Of a stretch of DNA of 64,000 nt, positions 48,233 to 60,527 are shown one piece after another. The stretch's first letter is position 1. The number at the start of each line of letters is the position of its first letter. The notes under the pieces were generated by a model. It saw only the letters and a program-made list of their open reading frames with translations, had not been told where the DNA came from and did not search any database. This DNA comes from the human T2T-CHM13v2.0 reference genome, Homo sapiens. The position numbers and the translations under genes were made by a program. The stretch lies in NCBI RefSeq assembly GCF_009914755.1, contig NC_060929.1. The stretch is one strand, 5' to 3'.

Positions 48233-48943
48233 ATGATCTAAATGTGAGAACTAAAACCCTTAGAACAAAACACAGGGCAAATGCTTCATGACGTTGAATT
48301 TGACAATTATTTCTTAGATATGACACCAAAGGCACAGGTAACAAAAGAAAAAAAATTGGACATCATAAATTTAAAAATGTTTGTACACCAAAAGACATTA
48401 TCAATAAAATAGAGTGTCAACCTACAGAATGGGAGAAAATATTTGCAAGAAGACATTTGCAAATTGCATATCTTTTAAGGGATTAGTATCCAGAATACAT
48501 AGAGAATTTCTTAAATTTAACAACAGAAAACTATCTGATTCAAAAATGGGCACAGGACTTCAATAGACATTTCTCCAAAGAAGACATACAAATAGCCAAT
48601 AAGCACATGAAAAGATGCTCAATATCACTAGGAAAATTCAAATCAAAACTACAATAAGATACTACCTCACACCCATTAGGATGGCTGCTAACAGGAAAAA
48701 AAAAATAAGTGTTGGTAAAGATGTGGAGAAATTGGAACACTTGTGTACTGTTAGTGGGAACATAAACTAGTACAGCCACTGTGGGAAACAGTAAAGCAAT
48801 TTCTCAAAAAATTAAAAATAGATTTACCATATGATCCAGCAATTCCAGTTCTGAATATGTACTTAAAATAATTGAAAACAAGGTTTCAAAAGGGTATTTG
48901 TATATCCATGCACATAGCATTATTCACAATAGCTAAAATATGG

Positions 48944-49375
48944 TGTTAAAGCAAACTAAATATGGCCTGAGAAGGACTTTGTACTTCTATATTTGAGTCC
49001 TTGTGGACGAACTGCAACCTAACTTAGCGGGTAGACAAGATTGAAACCCTGACTTAGGAGTATGCACCCATAACAGTGGTTGAGTCTTGGCCAATCCTAA
49101 CAGCCATACTTCAACCAGTAATACACTGCTGAGTGTTCAAATTGTGTTCAAATGAGGTAAATGGCAATCTGTAACCAATCCAGCTGTTTCTGTACCTCAC
49201 CTCTGATTTCTGTACATCACTTCTCTTTTTTTGTCTATAAATTTGTTCTGACCACAAGGCAACCCTGGGGTCTCTCTGAATCTGCTGTGATTCTGGGGAC
49301 TGCCCAATTTGTGAATCATTCATTGCTCAATTAAACTTCTTTAAATTTAATTCAGCTGAAGTTTTTCTTTTAACA
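48944..49375 (+). mobile_element. ERV1 solo LTR, MER57-like
   Basis: tgttaaa...tttaaca termini with a perfect 4-bp TSD atgg. Confidence 0.85.
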
Positions 49376-50604
49376 ATGGAAGCAACCCAAGTATAATACA
49401 CACACACATTATACACACCACACACACACATTATACACACCACACACACAAATATTTCAACCTTAAAAAGGAAGGAAATTCTGGCATATGCTACAATGTG
49501 GATGAACCTTGAGGACATTATGCTAAATAAAATATGCCAGTTACTAAAACACAAATATTATATGATTCTACTTATCTGAGGTATTTTGAATAGTCAAAAT
49601 CATTAAAAAAACCAGAAAGTAGAATGATGGTTTCCAGGGCCTTGGAGTAGGAGAAAAACAGGAGTTATTGTTTAATGGGTATGTAGTTTCAGTTTTGCAA
49701 GTTAAAAAGAGTTCTGGAGATAGATGCTGGTGATGACTGCCCAACAATATGAACATACTTAATACTACTGCCCTGTACACTTAAAATGGTTAAGATGGTA
49801 AATTTTATGTTATGTGTATTTTATCACAATAAGAAAAATTGGGAGAAACAGGAAGTTATGGAAAGGTTGATTTGAGATCAATAATACTTTCTAATACTTA
49901 AAGGGCATGTAAATGGAATGGATGACCTTTTAAGATGGCATGATGAGATCTCACAAACTGAAAATATTATAGCAAAAACTGGAAAGCCATTTATTGAGGA
50001 TTTTATGGTAGAGAGTAATCTTTTATTATTCAGAATATTGTATTAGATTACTTTTAACTTCTTGGATGGAAGAAGACATGATTTTCGATAACCATAGAGG
50101 TGAGCCAGAGTTCAACATACTTGGAGATAAAATAAATTAGATGCACTCTTACCCCACTGAGTAAATAATGCAGCAAATACACTTTCACTATTAAGAGTTA
50201 TAGTAAGAGTCACATTGTTTAAATCATTAAGCCTTTATTTCACCAAAAAATATTACTTCTCCATTTAATATGAAGATATTTTCCAATACCTTGAAGTATA
50301 AACCTTTTGATTTAGTTTTTACAGTATCACCTGAAAACACTGCTATGCACAGCAATAATAGTGTGGGCTCATGAAACCAAATTATAGGTAAAAACAAGCT
50401 TAAAGAAGGGATTGAGTCTGTGTGATAGCATTTTTCGGAGGCTCTGGAGCCCCCAGAATAGATTTTTCCAAGATTTTCATCATGAATAACAAAATATATA
50501 TAAATACCTCTAATGTGAAAGAGACAGGGCTAGAATATCTGAGAACTGGAAATGGACTGAAGGAGGACCTATCTACATGGGTGATTATTCTTTAACATTC
50601 CTGC

Positions 50605-51045
50605 TGTATCATTCATGTTCCTGGAAGGAAACAGAAGCCACACCCAAAAGGGCTTTGGGGAAGAAACTTAAATGAAGGTCCTATTTATAGAGGTGTGAGT
50701 AGTGTGATTATTATAGCTCCACGCTATTATCACCCTTAGTCCTGAAGCAGCAAAGAAGATGTGCCATCTGCCAGGAGCTGTGGCTGTCAAGTAATGCAGG
50801 ACTGCCACACTATGCTTTAGTCATGGAGGGAGAGAGAGGAGAAAAGATCTCAACCTCTTTTTCCTTCCACCCTCTGATCACCAGCCAATGCTTGCAGAAT
50901 CCAACTAGAAGCCATAGGACAGAGAACCCAGTTAATGGTCTGTAGACATCAGCCTTTCAGGGTACAGAACCCAACATAGAACACAGAAACATTTCAGAGA
51001 ATAAATTCAGGAGAGTGTGGTGGCAAATTGAGAAGAACCAAAACA
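50605..51045. mobile_element. Ancient LTR (LTR78/79-like)
   Basis: 'aggaaacagaagccacacccaaaaggg...ctatttatagaggtgtg' resembles the recalled consensus; weak match. Confidence 0.4.
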
Positions 51046-51199
51046 CTGGGACCTCAGAGAAGAATCCAGTAGCTGGAACAGGGAGATTCATCCACATTGT
51101 AGCATATGCCTGTGCTGACACATTAAGTAGGCACTATGCTTTGGCACCCATACACTCAGTTGTGAGTCACCCTTTCATTCCTTTTTTTCTCACATCCAG

Positions 51200-51385
51200 T
51201 TGTATTTACTTCATAGCATATCATTATATGAAATTACCATTCTTTTTTGTTTGTTTAAAGTTTATTACCTGTCATCTCTTCACTAAAGAGTATGCTCCAT
51301 GAGACAAGAACTTTATTGGACACACTACTTTGTCTCTAGCACTCAAAACAATTGGCACATAGGAAATATTTAGTAGACACTTCTT
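51200..51385 (+). mobile_element. L2 3' end
   Basis: 'gctccatgagacaagaacttt...ctctagcac...tggcacatagg'. Confidence 0.6.
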
Positions 51386-52019
51386 TAAAGATCTTTTGCC
51401 TAAGTAGAAGTTTGAATGGCTGTCATTTTCTATCTGAACTTCTTGGAACAGGGAGGCTCCACAACACTTCCCTATATGGAAAATTATTTAACAGCTAAAT
51501 AAAGATTTATAAAGTAATAGCTAATGAAAATGACATTTAAACTGGATTGGAACAAAACACATAAAGGACCAAAATTCCTGGGCAAACGTTTGCTTAGATA
51601 TAGGCCTGGGGTTAAGCCAAGGAAAATCACTGGAATAATTCTTGATAAAAAGATTTGACCCATACCAGAATGACACAGTAAATCTCCCGAATAGATTTTC
51701 ATTCCAAACTAGTACAAGAAGCCAGAAAGCCTCAATACGAATAAACTTCCAAACAGCCCTTTGATGTGAGGCTTGCCAAAGAGCAGCAGTGAGGAATGAA
51801 GTCCGACAGCTCAGAATCTTCTTTGGCCAACTAAATTAATGTCAAACAAAATAAAAACCTAGGCAGCCATTTATATAGCCCAGAGAGGAATAGAGAACCC
51901 TTTTCTTGCTTTATTTGGAAGTATCTACAAATTAAGACACTTATAAATCATACAGTTTTAATTTATTCAACATAAAAGTGACCCAAATGAAAAGTCCATT
52001 ATTGTATTTAGCATAAGTG

Positions 52020-52370
52020 GTATTTATTTATCAAGCACATGCTGTTATAGTAACTGTGTCACCAAGCAGACGAAAAGAAGTAAAGTACAATCCCTGCCCT
52101 CTTGAGGATTACAATCCATGGCAGAAAAGATAATAATCTTTTTATTATCTTTTCTTTTATTGTCTTTTCTTATTATCTTTCTTTTATTATCTTTTCAGAA
52201 AGCTAATAATCAGTTTCATGACAAAGGCTATAAGAAAGGTATAAACAAGGCGTGATGAAAATACAGGAAAGGGAGGAGTAGGCACTGCCCAGAGATAAGG
52301 GCTTCGCAGAGGGAATGATATTTAAATTGAGTATTAAAGGGTATGTAGAAATATTTTTAGTTTAACAAGA
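52020..52370 (-). mobile_element. L2 3' fragment
   Basis: 'tccctgccctc..gagga ttacaatc' and 'ggcttcgcagagg..tgatattt' antisense L2 motifs. Confidence 0.6.
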
Positions 52371-52689
52371 GGATTTGGGAAGACATAACAAGCACACCAT
52401 AACACTGCCAGTATTTGCAACTGTGCTTATTTGCAATTGTGCTCACTATTGTTGCTGCTAGCAGCTATTATAATTGTGATGAAATAAGGAGAAAAAAACA
52501 GGTAAATTTAATTCATAACAGATACAGTCATGCCACATGAAAAACAGATAAATACAGCTTGAGCCATATGTTTTACAACAGTTCAAATAGAGAAAAGTAA
52601 TAGGACAATAAAGTCATCACATGGCAAAATGGGCATTTAAATCTCTAAGCTGCACTGAAGTCAGAACCATGTTCAGGTTGCAAGTGATA

Positions 52690-54030
52690 AGAACTTCTGC
52701 CACATTGAATTGATGTTCTTAATCTGACCTCATCCAATTTCATGACTCTAAGTACCATCTATAGGGTGTGTCGCCAAACATTGTATCACCGCCCTAGTTT
52801 TCTCCTCTGATCTCCTCTTTGGTATATGTGCAACAGGCATCTCAAAGTAAACATTTCCAAATAATAACTCTTGTTCTCTCTACCTTCACTCATCCAGCCT
52901 GCCCTTCCCACAGACTTCTCCATCTCAGTAAATGACTTCAGCTATTAAATTTCTCAGCTACCCAGTTACCCTTCAGTGCTCTCTTTTATACCCCTCATTC
53001 AATCCATCAGCAAATCTTCTATCTTCAAAATGTACCCAGAACTGGACCATATCTCACCACTTCCATTTTACCATGCTGGTCCAAGTCATTGTTACTCCTT
53101 GCCTCCTAATATGTCTCTCTGCTCATCCCTTGCCACAACTATAGTTTATTATTCATGCAATCTTCAGAGTGATCAATGTAAATATGCATTGCCACATCTC
53201 CCCTCTATTCAAAAGTCTCCAATAGTTTCCAGTCTGATTCAGATATATTTGTCTCTGTATGTCTGTGTGTTTGCCCCTGTCTCTGTGACTCTGTACATAT
53301 GTCTCTGTATTTGTGTGTCTCTATTCTCTGTATATGTCTGTGTGTGTGTGTGTGTCTCTGTCTGTGTCTGTGTCTATGACTGTACATATGTATCTGTGTG
53401 TGTCTGTCTCTATTCTCTGCATTTGTCTCTGTGTGTGTCTCTGTTTATGTATCTGTGTGTCTTTATGTGACTCTGCATGTATGTGTGTGTCTCTATGTGT
53501 ATGTCTCTATGTGTATCTCTGTGTATCCCTGTGTCTGTGTATACATACATATATGTATGGGTATATGTATGTACACATGTATACCTATGTATAAAATTGC
53601 CCATCTGGCCCTGTGTGCTCTGCCCCCTCCTGTCCACACTCACCTTTCTGGCCTATGCCCTACTCTCCCTCTCAGTCACTCTGCTGCAGTGCGGCAGCCA
53701 CACGGCCTCCTTGATGTTCCTCAAACATTCCAACAGGCTGTTGCCTCAGTGTTTACTGTTCTCTTTGCCACTTCCTTCATGTGCTTTACATCTCAGGGAG
53801 GTCTTCCCTGGCCTTATCTAAAATTTAAATGCCCCTTCCCCCACTCCATATCTCCATTCCAAGCTATATTGCTTGTGTAATCTTGGATTTACCTTTTCCT
53901 GTTATGTATGTCTTGTATGTCTCCTCCCGACTGTTCAATGAGGGCACAGATTTCTGTCTGTTTCACTCACCGCTGTATCTGCAGTGCCTCGTATTTCTTC
54001 CACAAAGGATCTTCTCAATAAATGGTACTT
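52690..54030 (+). mobile_element. L2 (L2a-like) fragment split by a simple repeat
   Basis: 'caggcatctcaaa', 'tccccatctcagtaaatg'-like motif, 'caatgagggcacagatttctgtctgttt' and 'ctcaataaat'. Confidence 0.8.
53250..53592. repeat. Degenerate TG/TC/TA low-complexity tract
   Basis: About 340 bp of tgtgtc/tgtatg variants. Confidence 0.9.
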
Positions 54031-54581
54031 AATTTTTTAAATGCAGCTTTTCATTACACACTAGCAACTGGAAAGGCATGCAATTCTATTTCCAAAATTC
54101 ATTAAACAAACGTGGTAAACATTCAGGCCAGAAGGCGGCAGCAAAGCTTCATCAGCCCAGCAACCGGCCATCATGCTGGGTCAGCAATTCAGAGGCGCAA
54201 CTAATGGAAAATTAGGCAGAACAGCTTTTCACCAGGGAGTCTGAGCTGAAGGAGGTGAGGCCAGAGAACTGAGCTGGTTAGGACTGCACCCTGGCCAAAG
54301 AGCAGGGAGACAGATAGGAAGAGAGAGAAAGGCAAGGCTTGTCCAGGAGAATGAGACCCACATTAGGGGCTCACAGAATGAACATTCAGGTTGTCAGGGA
54401 ACTTAATCAGGTGCCAGAAAATTTGGCATATTATCTCAGCAAACTCAGGTAAACCTTTTGGCGATGTCCACAGGGAGGTTCCCTTTCAGATAACAAGTCT
54501 ATTTATCACTGTAGCTAGAATCTGGGAGCCAAAATATACCTACCCCTATTAAGACAGGAGAATTATGCCAGTCCCAACAAG

Positions 54582-54676
54582 TGTGTCACCAAGCCGACAA
54601 AAATAAGTAAAGTACAATCCCTAGCCTCTTGAGGATTACAATCCACGGCAGAAAAGATATGAAAGCTAATAATTAG
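54582..54676 (+). repeat. Dispersed ~95-bp direct copy of 52055-52213
   Basis: tgtgtcaccaagc...gaggattacaatcca.ggcagaaaagata...gaaagctaataat is present at both sites with few mismatches. Confidence 0.9.
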
Positions 54677-56002
54677 CTTTCCCTGAGGGCCATGTTTCTT
54701 TTCACAATTGCAGTGCCACATCTCATACTTTGTTAAAGAAAAATAAAGATGGCAAGTGCTTAGGTCTAGGCTGCTGCAGAAGAAAACCAGATGTAGGAGG
54801 AACTGTGACTCTGCCTCTCATGCAGGCCTGAATCTGGAGTGTGGTCCTCCTGTGGGGTTGCACTTACTCTGGATTTTTCCAGAAAGACTGTCTATAGGTG
54901 CCTGCATGCTGTGTTCCTGTGAGGGAAGCCCCAGCTGTGTCTGTGGTGGAGTGCCAGAGGGGAAAAAGGACCCCTTCTCCAAGCCCTTTCACCATCACGG
55001 AGGCTGCCTGCCTGTTGGGGTAGAGATGTAGACTTTCCCTACTACACCCGGCACTGCAATTGTGTCTCTGCTGTCAGAAACTAACCATTAGTGGAAAGAT
55101 CTGGAACTTGAGGCCTGATTTTCAGATTCTTTTGTTCCATGGGGTGATCCTTGACGTGCTGCTCTTCCCCTTCCCCTAGGGATGGGGCTTCCTGAGAGCC
55201 GGACTGCTGTGCTCGTTATTGCTCTTCTGGGTCTAACCACTCAGTAGGGCCACCAGACTCCAGGCTGGTGCTAAGGAATGGCTGCAAAAAGCCTGTGATG
55301 TGGTCCGTCTTTAGGTCTCCCAGCTGTGAATACCAGCACCTTCTCTGGTGGAGGTGGCAGGAGAGTGAAGAAGATTCTGTGAGAGTCTTTGGTTGCAGAT
55401 AGGCTTAGTGTGCTGGCTTTCTTGAATGCTGATTGTGCTGGTGGTGATGTTGTCATGTGGACAGACTCAGGGCCTCTGGTTATCCAGAATACTGCAGGTG
55501 GTGGTATTAACTGTTGTTTTCTCCTTCCTGGGAGCAGGGTAATTCTGTCATGAGTTGCTGTAAAGGCCTGAGTTGGTTGGACTTCAGCCAGGAGGTGGTG
55601 CTTTCATGACAGCACCAGCTGTGATATTAGCAGTGGGATATAAGCCTCCCCTAAGTTGGCCAGGGGAGGTATTCTGGTTACTCAGGCAATGGATGGGATC
55701 ATAAAGCTCCCATGAGTGTATGTCTTTTGTGTTCACCTACCAGGATGGGTAGAGAAATACCATCAGATGGGGACAGGGTTAGGAGGGTCTGAGCTCAGAC
55801 TCTCCTTTGGTGGGCTTGCCATGCCACTGTGGGGATTGGGAGGGTGGTTCTCAGGCCAATGAGGTTATGTTCCAGAGAGGACTATGGCTGCCTCTGCTTA
55901 GCAGTATTGTTCACCAGGTAAGTGGGGAATAGCTAGTAGCAAAAGGTCGCACCCACCTCCCACGCAGTTGGCAAGGCTGGTCTCGCTCTCACAGTGTCCT
56001 AC

Positions 56003-57426
56003 TGAGAGGTGACAGCGTGCTGGCAGCCCTCGCAGCCCTCTCTCACTCTCGGTGCCTCCTCAGCCTTGGCGCCCATTCTGGCCACACTTGAGGAGCCCTT
56101 CAGCCCGCCGCTGCACCGTGGGAGCCCTTCTCTGGGCTGGCCGAGGCGGGAGCCAGCTCCCTCGGCTTTCGGGGAGGTGTGGAGGGAGAGGCACGGGTGG
56201 GAACCGGGACTGTGCATGGTGCCTGTGGGCCAGCTAGAGTTCCGGGTGGGCGTGGGCTTGGCGGCCCTGCACTTGGAGCAGCTGGCCAGCCCTGCCGGCC
56301 CCAGGCAGTGAGGGGCTTAGCACCCAGGCCAGTAGCTGCGGAGGGTGCGCCAGGTCCCCCAGCAGTGCTGGCCCACCGGCACTGTGCTCGATTTCTCACC
56401 GGGCCTTAGCTGCCTCCCTACGGGGCAGGGCTCGGGACCTGCAGCCGGCCCCCACCGCCCCTCTGCCGTGGGCTCCTGTGTGGCCTGAGCCTCCCTGATG
56501 AGTGCTGCCCCCTGCTCCATGGCGCCTGGTCCCATCAACCGCCCAAGGGCTGAGGAGTGTGGGCGCATCATGGGACTGGTGGGCAGCTCCACCTGCAGCC
56601 CTGGTGCGAGATCCACTGGGTGAGGCCAGCTGGGCTCCTGAGTCTAGTGGGGACTTGGAGAACCTTTGTGCCTAGCTAAGGGATTGTGAGTGCACCAATC
56701 AGCACTCTGTGTCTAGCTCAAGGTTTGTGAACACACCAATCAGCACCCTGTGACTAGCTCAGGGTTTGTGGATGCACCAATCGGCACTCTGTATGTAGCT
56801 AATCTGGTGGGGACTTGGAGAATCTTTATGTCTAGCTAAGGGATTGTGAATACACCAATCAGCACTCTGTATCTAGCTCAGGGTTTGTAAATACACCAAT
56901 CGACACTCTGTATCTAGCTAATCTAGTGGGGACGTGGAGAACTTTTGTGTCTAGCTCAGGGATTGTAAACACACCAATCAGCACCCTGTCAAAACGGACC
57001 AATCATCTCTCTGTAAAACAGACCAATTGGCTCTCTGTAAAATGGACCAATCAGCAGGATGTGGGTAGGGCCAGATAAGAGAATAAAAGCAGGCTGCCTG
57101 AGCCAGCAGTGGCAACCTGCTTGGGTCCCCTTCCACACTGTGGAAGCTTTGTTTTTTCACTCTTTGCAATGAATCTTGCTGCTGCTCACTCTTTGGGTCC
57201 ACACTGCCTTTATGAGCTGTAACACTCACCGCAAAGGTCTTCAGCTTCACTCCTGAAGCTAGCGAGACCACAAACCCACCAGAAGGAAGAAACTCCGAAC
57301 ACATCCATACATCAGAAGGAACAAACTCCGGACACGCTGCCTTTAGGAACTGTAACACTCACCGCGAGGTCCTGCGGCTTCATTCTTGAAATCAGTGAGA
57401 CAAAGAACCCACCAATTCTGGACACA
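56003..57426 (+). mobile_element. LTR12 (ERV9; LTR12C/D-like) solo LTR
   Basis: tgagaggtgacagcgtgctggc...ggacaca with a 4-bp TSD ctac, GC/CpG-rich U3 and tandem subrepeats. Confidence 0.96.
56690..57090 (+). promoter_or_regulatory. LTR12 enhancer/promoter: CCAAT array, GATA site and AATAAA (TATA-like) box
   Basis: Nine CCAAT motifs between 56695 and 57052, then 'ccagataagagaataaaagc'. Confidence 0.8.
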
Positions 57427-58146
57427 CTACTAACAGTGCCAAGTTTAGATCCAGGCAGCTTGCTCTCCTGAAACTCAGACGTTGCCTCAGGCCATAAACT
57501 ACCCCACTTAGCAAGCAAGCACTGCTTTCAGGCCTTGCCCCTCCCCATCTGCCAACAAAGTTGGCTGTGACTCCAGCTCTTGTATTTGCAGCAGTTCCCA
57601 TTCACCCCCATATCCTGTCAAAAAAGTTAGTGCCCAGTTAAAATTATTGCAAAATTCAGTTGGAAACTTCTTACACCCTGTGACCCTTCCCTAATTCTGC
57701 TGAGTGCCTTCCCTGAGGGCTTCTGTGAAATACAATCAGAAATGGCTTCCCTGCGCACAAGGTGAAGAATGGGAGTGCCTACAAGGCTCTTCCCACTGTT
57801 GCATTTACTTTTATATTTTGCACAGCTCCCTAAATCCATTCCAGCTCTAGATAAGGTTAAATCCTTCTCTGGTGATCTGTATTTTCAGATTCCTCAGCGG
57901 GAATACGTGTTTGAAGGCAGGTTTTCCCCCTTTCAGACTATGGAAACTCATAGTTGTTCATCTGTCTCATGCAATCTGCAGTGACTTGTGCTTCTTTCAA
58001 AGATCTGTGAATTCTTTAGGTTTTCCTGGTATGGTCCTGCAGTGGTTCTTGGAGCAAAAGTCCACAGTATGAATCTTCACATGCCATACTGTCCATCCAA
58101 GTAGGAGGTACATGTTAGCACTATCTCCTATCCAGTATCTTCTGCC

Positions 58147-58662
58147 TGTGAAAGGAAATTAAATTTTGACACCCCAAACTCATTTAGCCAAAGGGAAAAG
58201 TCAAGCTGGGAACTGGGTCATGCAAACCTGTCTCCACCTTTTGATTCCTAAATAAAATGGCTACAAGATGAAAAGCTACCCACTTTTCCCATGTTTTGCC
58301 AGCAAGGAAATTCCTGGTGAGCTGTTACAACTTCACCATGGCAATGCTAATTGATAGCTTATCTTGACAGGTGCAGTCACCCAGCCTGCCAGACACAAAT
58401 GCGTATCAGATTGTCCCCCTACCCCATTTTGTCTGTATTATCTTATGTTAAGATGCAGATTCCCCACATTTTTCCTTTGCCCCTTTTGTTTAAGTGAAAA
58501 CTGTGTGCTTCTCAATATCCCGCCCTTTCCCCTTTAAATTTGGAGCCCTCAAAATCATCTTCAGAGAAAGGCATAGACCTATCTCCTGTGAGCATCCTTA
58601 ACTTTGGTGAATAAATCTCCAAAAATGATTGAGACTTTTCCCATCATTTGCTTCGACTGACA
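58147..58662 (+). mobile_element. ERV1 solo LTR, MER4 group
   Basis: 'tgtgaaaggaaattaaat...gggaaaagtcaagctgggaactg' start, an aataaa signal and a ...tgaca end; TSD not evident. Confidence 0.85.
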
Positions 58663-59044
58663 CCCTCATCATGACTTTTCTACTGCAGGAACATCCAAAT
58701 ATGCAGGGATTACTTTTTCAATGTTTCTGTGGCCTTATTGCATCCCTGCCAAATCTGAGCCCCACGGACTGCCATTTCAGCTCTTCTTTCATGACACCTT
58801 TATTCCTTTTGCTTTTTGTCCTGTGACCATGCTCACTGTTCCAGTCCTGAACTTCATGTAAATCACATCAATTTACTGTTTTTGTTCCTCCTCTTGGGCT
58901 GCTGATCATTTTGAAGAAAATCTCAAAACCTACATACCCATTTCTGCCATCATTCAAGCCTCAGCTGGCTCCCTCTGACATTTTATAATCTTTTATTTTG
59001 TACTCAATTAACTACACATTCACCACTTATACTGAACATTTTTT

Positions 59045-59466
59045 ATTTTTGCCTGTCAAATGTCCATTTCCATTTGTTTTGATAACAGCACCCCAATATT
59101 CATTTGGGTAACTATGCCTATCTCACTTTCAACCTTTGTGGACTGAGTAGGGGACTGATTCCCTTCTACACATACATACAGTTTTATGGGTGAGAAAATG
59201 ATATGCAAAGGACCAACTTGCTAGTTCCTTCTCTCTGTGGGAATGAGCATGTGGTACAAGTCTCTACTGGAAGCTCAGTTCCAGAACTTTGCTGGAATTA
59301 AAGAGATATTACTTTTTGCATTGTGGTTGCTAAACTGGATGAATTTAAGCCTGGAGCTACTAGTGGCCAATCTTGCCACTACATAAACTGATTCTGCCTA
59401 AAAAGGAAGCCAGCACAGAGAAATAGAGGGAAAATGGTGAAAATAAATTGATGATGGCATCATATT
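59045..59466 (+). mobile_element. MLT1J/K-like LTR, interrupted by the provirus
   Basis: 'taagcctggagctactagtggcca.tcttgccac...ggaagccagcacagag'. Confidence 0.65.
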
Positions 59467-59470
59467 TTGT

Positions 59471-59906
59471 TGTTAAAAACAAATAGTTCCTCTTCAAAGG
59501 GTTTCAATTCCTGGTTCTTTGTTCTATTCTAAAAGGTAATCGTACCCATTCATCTATCAGCCCTCCCTATCTCTGCTATGCCCAAACACCCCATGATGTA
59601 CCATACCTGTCCTTCCCATCAAATGCCCACCCTTGCCTCCTTTGATGATGTCAACAGTAGCTTAGTTTACCCTAGATTGAAATTAGCCTAGATTGTGTGG
59701 TCCGACCCCAGCCCACAAGGGGAGGACACAGGAACAGGGTCTGCATTACAGATAAAAATCTCCTACTCTCCTTTGTTTTGCATGCTCTCCCTTGCCTCTG
59801 CCTTGCATGCAAGAGGCGCCCTTCTATAGAAGTAAATTGCCTTGCTGAGAAAACTTTTGCCTGAGTGCTAGTTTCACTTTGTGGCACCAAATATTTGTTT
59901 CTAACA
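59471..59906 (+). mobile_element. 5' LTR of provirus (LTR10-family-like)
   Basis: tgtta...taaca termini and an agtaaa poly(A)-signal variant, directly followed by a PBS, leader and gag. Confidence 0.85.
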
Positions 59907-59909
59907 ATT

Positions 59910-59927
59910 TGGGGGCCTGCCCAGGAT
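59910..59927 (+). other. Primer-binding site, tRNA-Pro-like
   Basis: tgggggcctgcccaggat matches TGGGGGCTCGTCCGGGAT at 14 of 18 positions, 3 nt after the LTR end. Confidence 0.7.
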
Positions 59928-60527
59928 TCCCATTTTCCTCTGAGGAAGGGGTCTCTGGTCATCTCCCAGGGGGAGATGCGTCCCACTGCCTCACTGCAGT
60001 GGTCTCAGGGGCTAAAGATCCAGCCATCACCCACTGTGATGAATAAACCCAGACTCTCAGCAATGTGGGAAGGAAAGGCTTGCCTACAAATACCACAGTG
60101 ACCAGGTAACTTCGTGCACAGACCAAGGTAAGAAAAGCCGCAGAGGGGGCAGCAAAGTATTTCCTTGGTTGTTGGGATATCTTGGAGGCTGAAAGTGTGT
60201 GTGAATGATCACTGCTTGTGGTGCTGCTTGTGTGAATGGTGATAAGTACTACTGCTGTGTGGGGTGAGTGGGTTCTATCTGCGGTTCCGTGGTCACCTCA
60301 TATGGCTTAGGGCAGATCCTGCCATGGGGCTTATACCAGCACACCAATACTAAGAGGGACCTAATTTCCCACAAGGGAAGTGGCCAGATAGGACGAAGCG
60401 AATGGAAAGGAGTGCAAGAAACCTCCAGTAAAGGGGGTGAGCCTCTAGAGAAAAGGGAAGGCAAGAGATTTCTAGTAAGAGAGGTTGGACCACACACACA
60501 CTCAAGGGAGCATCCAAAACCTCCAAG

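Larger units (their letters stand above)
43561..49838 (+). mobile_element. Old L1M (L1MB / late L1MA-like) element with both ends, an internal ORF2 deletion and four nested insertions
   Basis: 5' 'aagatggc' start, ORF1 relic (GRFEQVEERINVLEDR), endonuclease relic, ORF2 3' part, and a 3'UTR ending 'aaattttatgttatgtgtattttatcacaat'. Confidence 0.85.
54830..58142 (-). mobile_element. L1PB(a)-like 5'UTR region interrupted by LTR12
   Basis: 'cagattcttttgttccatggggtgatccttga...cccctagggatggggcttcctgagagcc' resembles the recalled L1PBa 5' region; it ends at a degenerate 'ccatctt' (58132-58141). Left boundary uncertain. Confidence 0.7.

Noticed and set aside
52976-53880. ORFs of 114-164 aa rich in C, V, S and Y
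   Set aside because: Artefacts of the TG/TC low-complexity tract and flanking L2.
56640-57060. Regularly spaced repeats resembling a CRISPR array
   Set aside because: These are the known LTR12 U3 tandem subrepeats; there are no unique spacers or cas genes and the context is eukaryotic.
55999-57601. Several overlapping GC-rich ORFs
   Set aside because: They are LTR12 and L1 5'UTR sequence, where high GC content suppresses stop codons.
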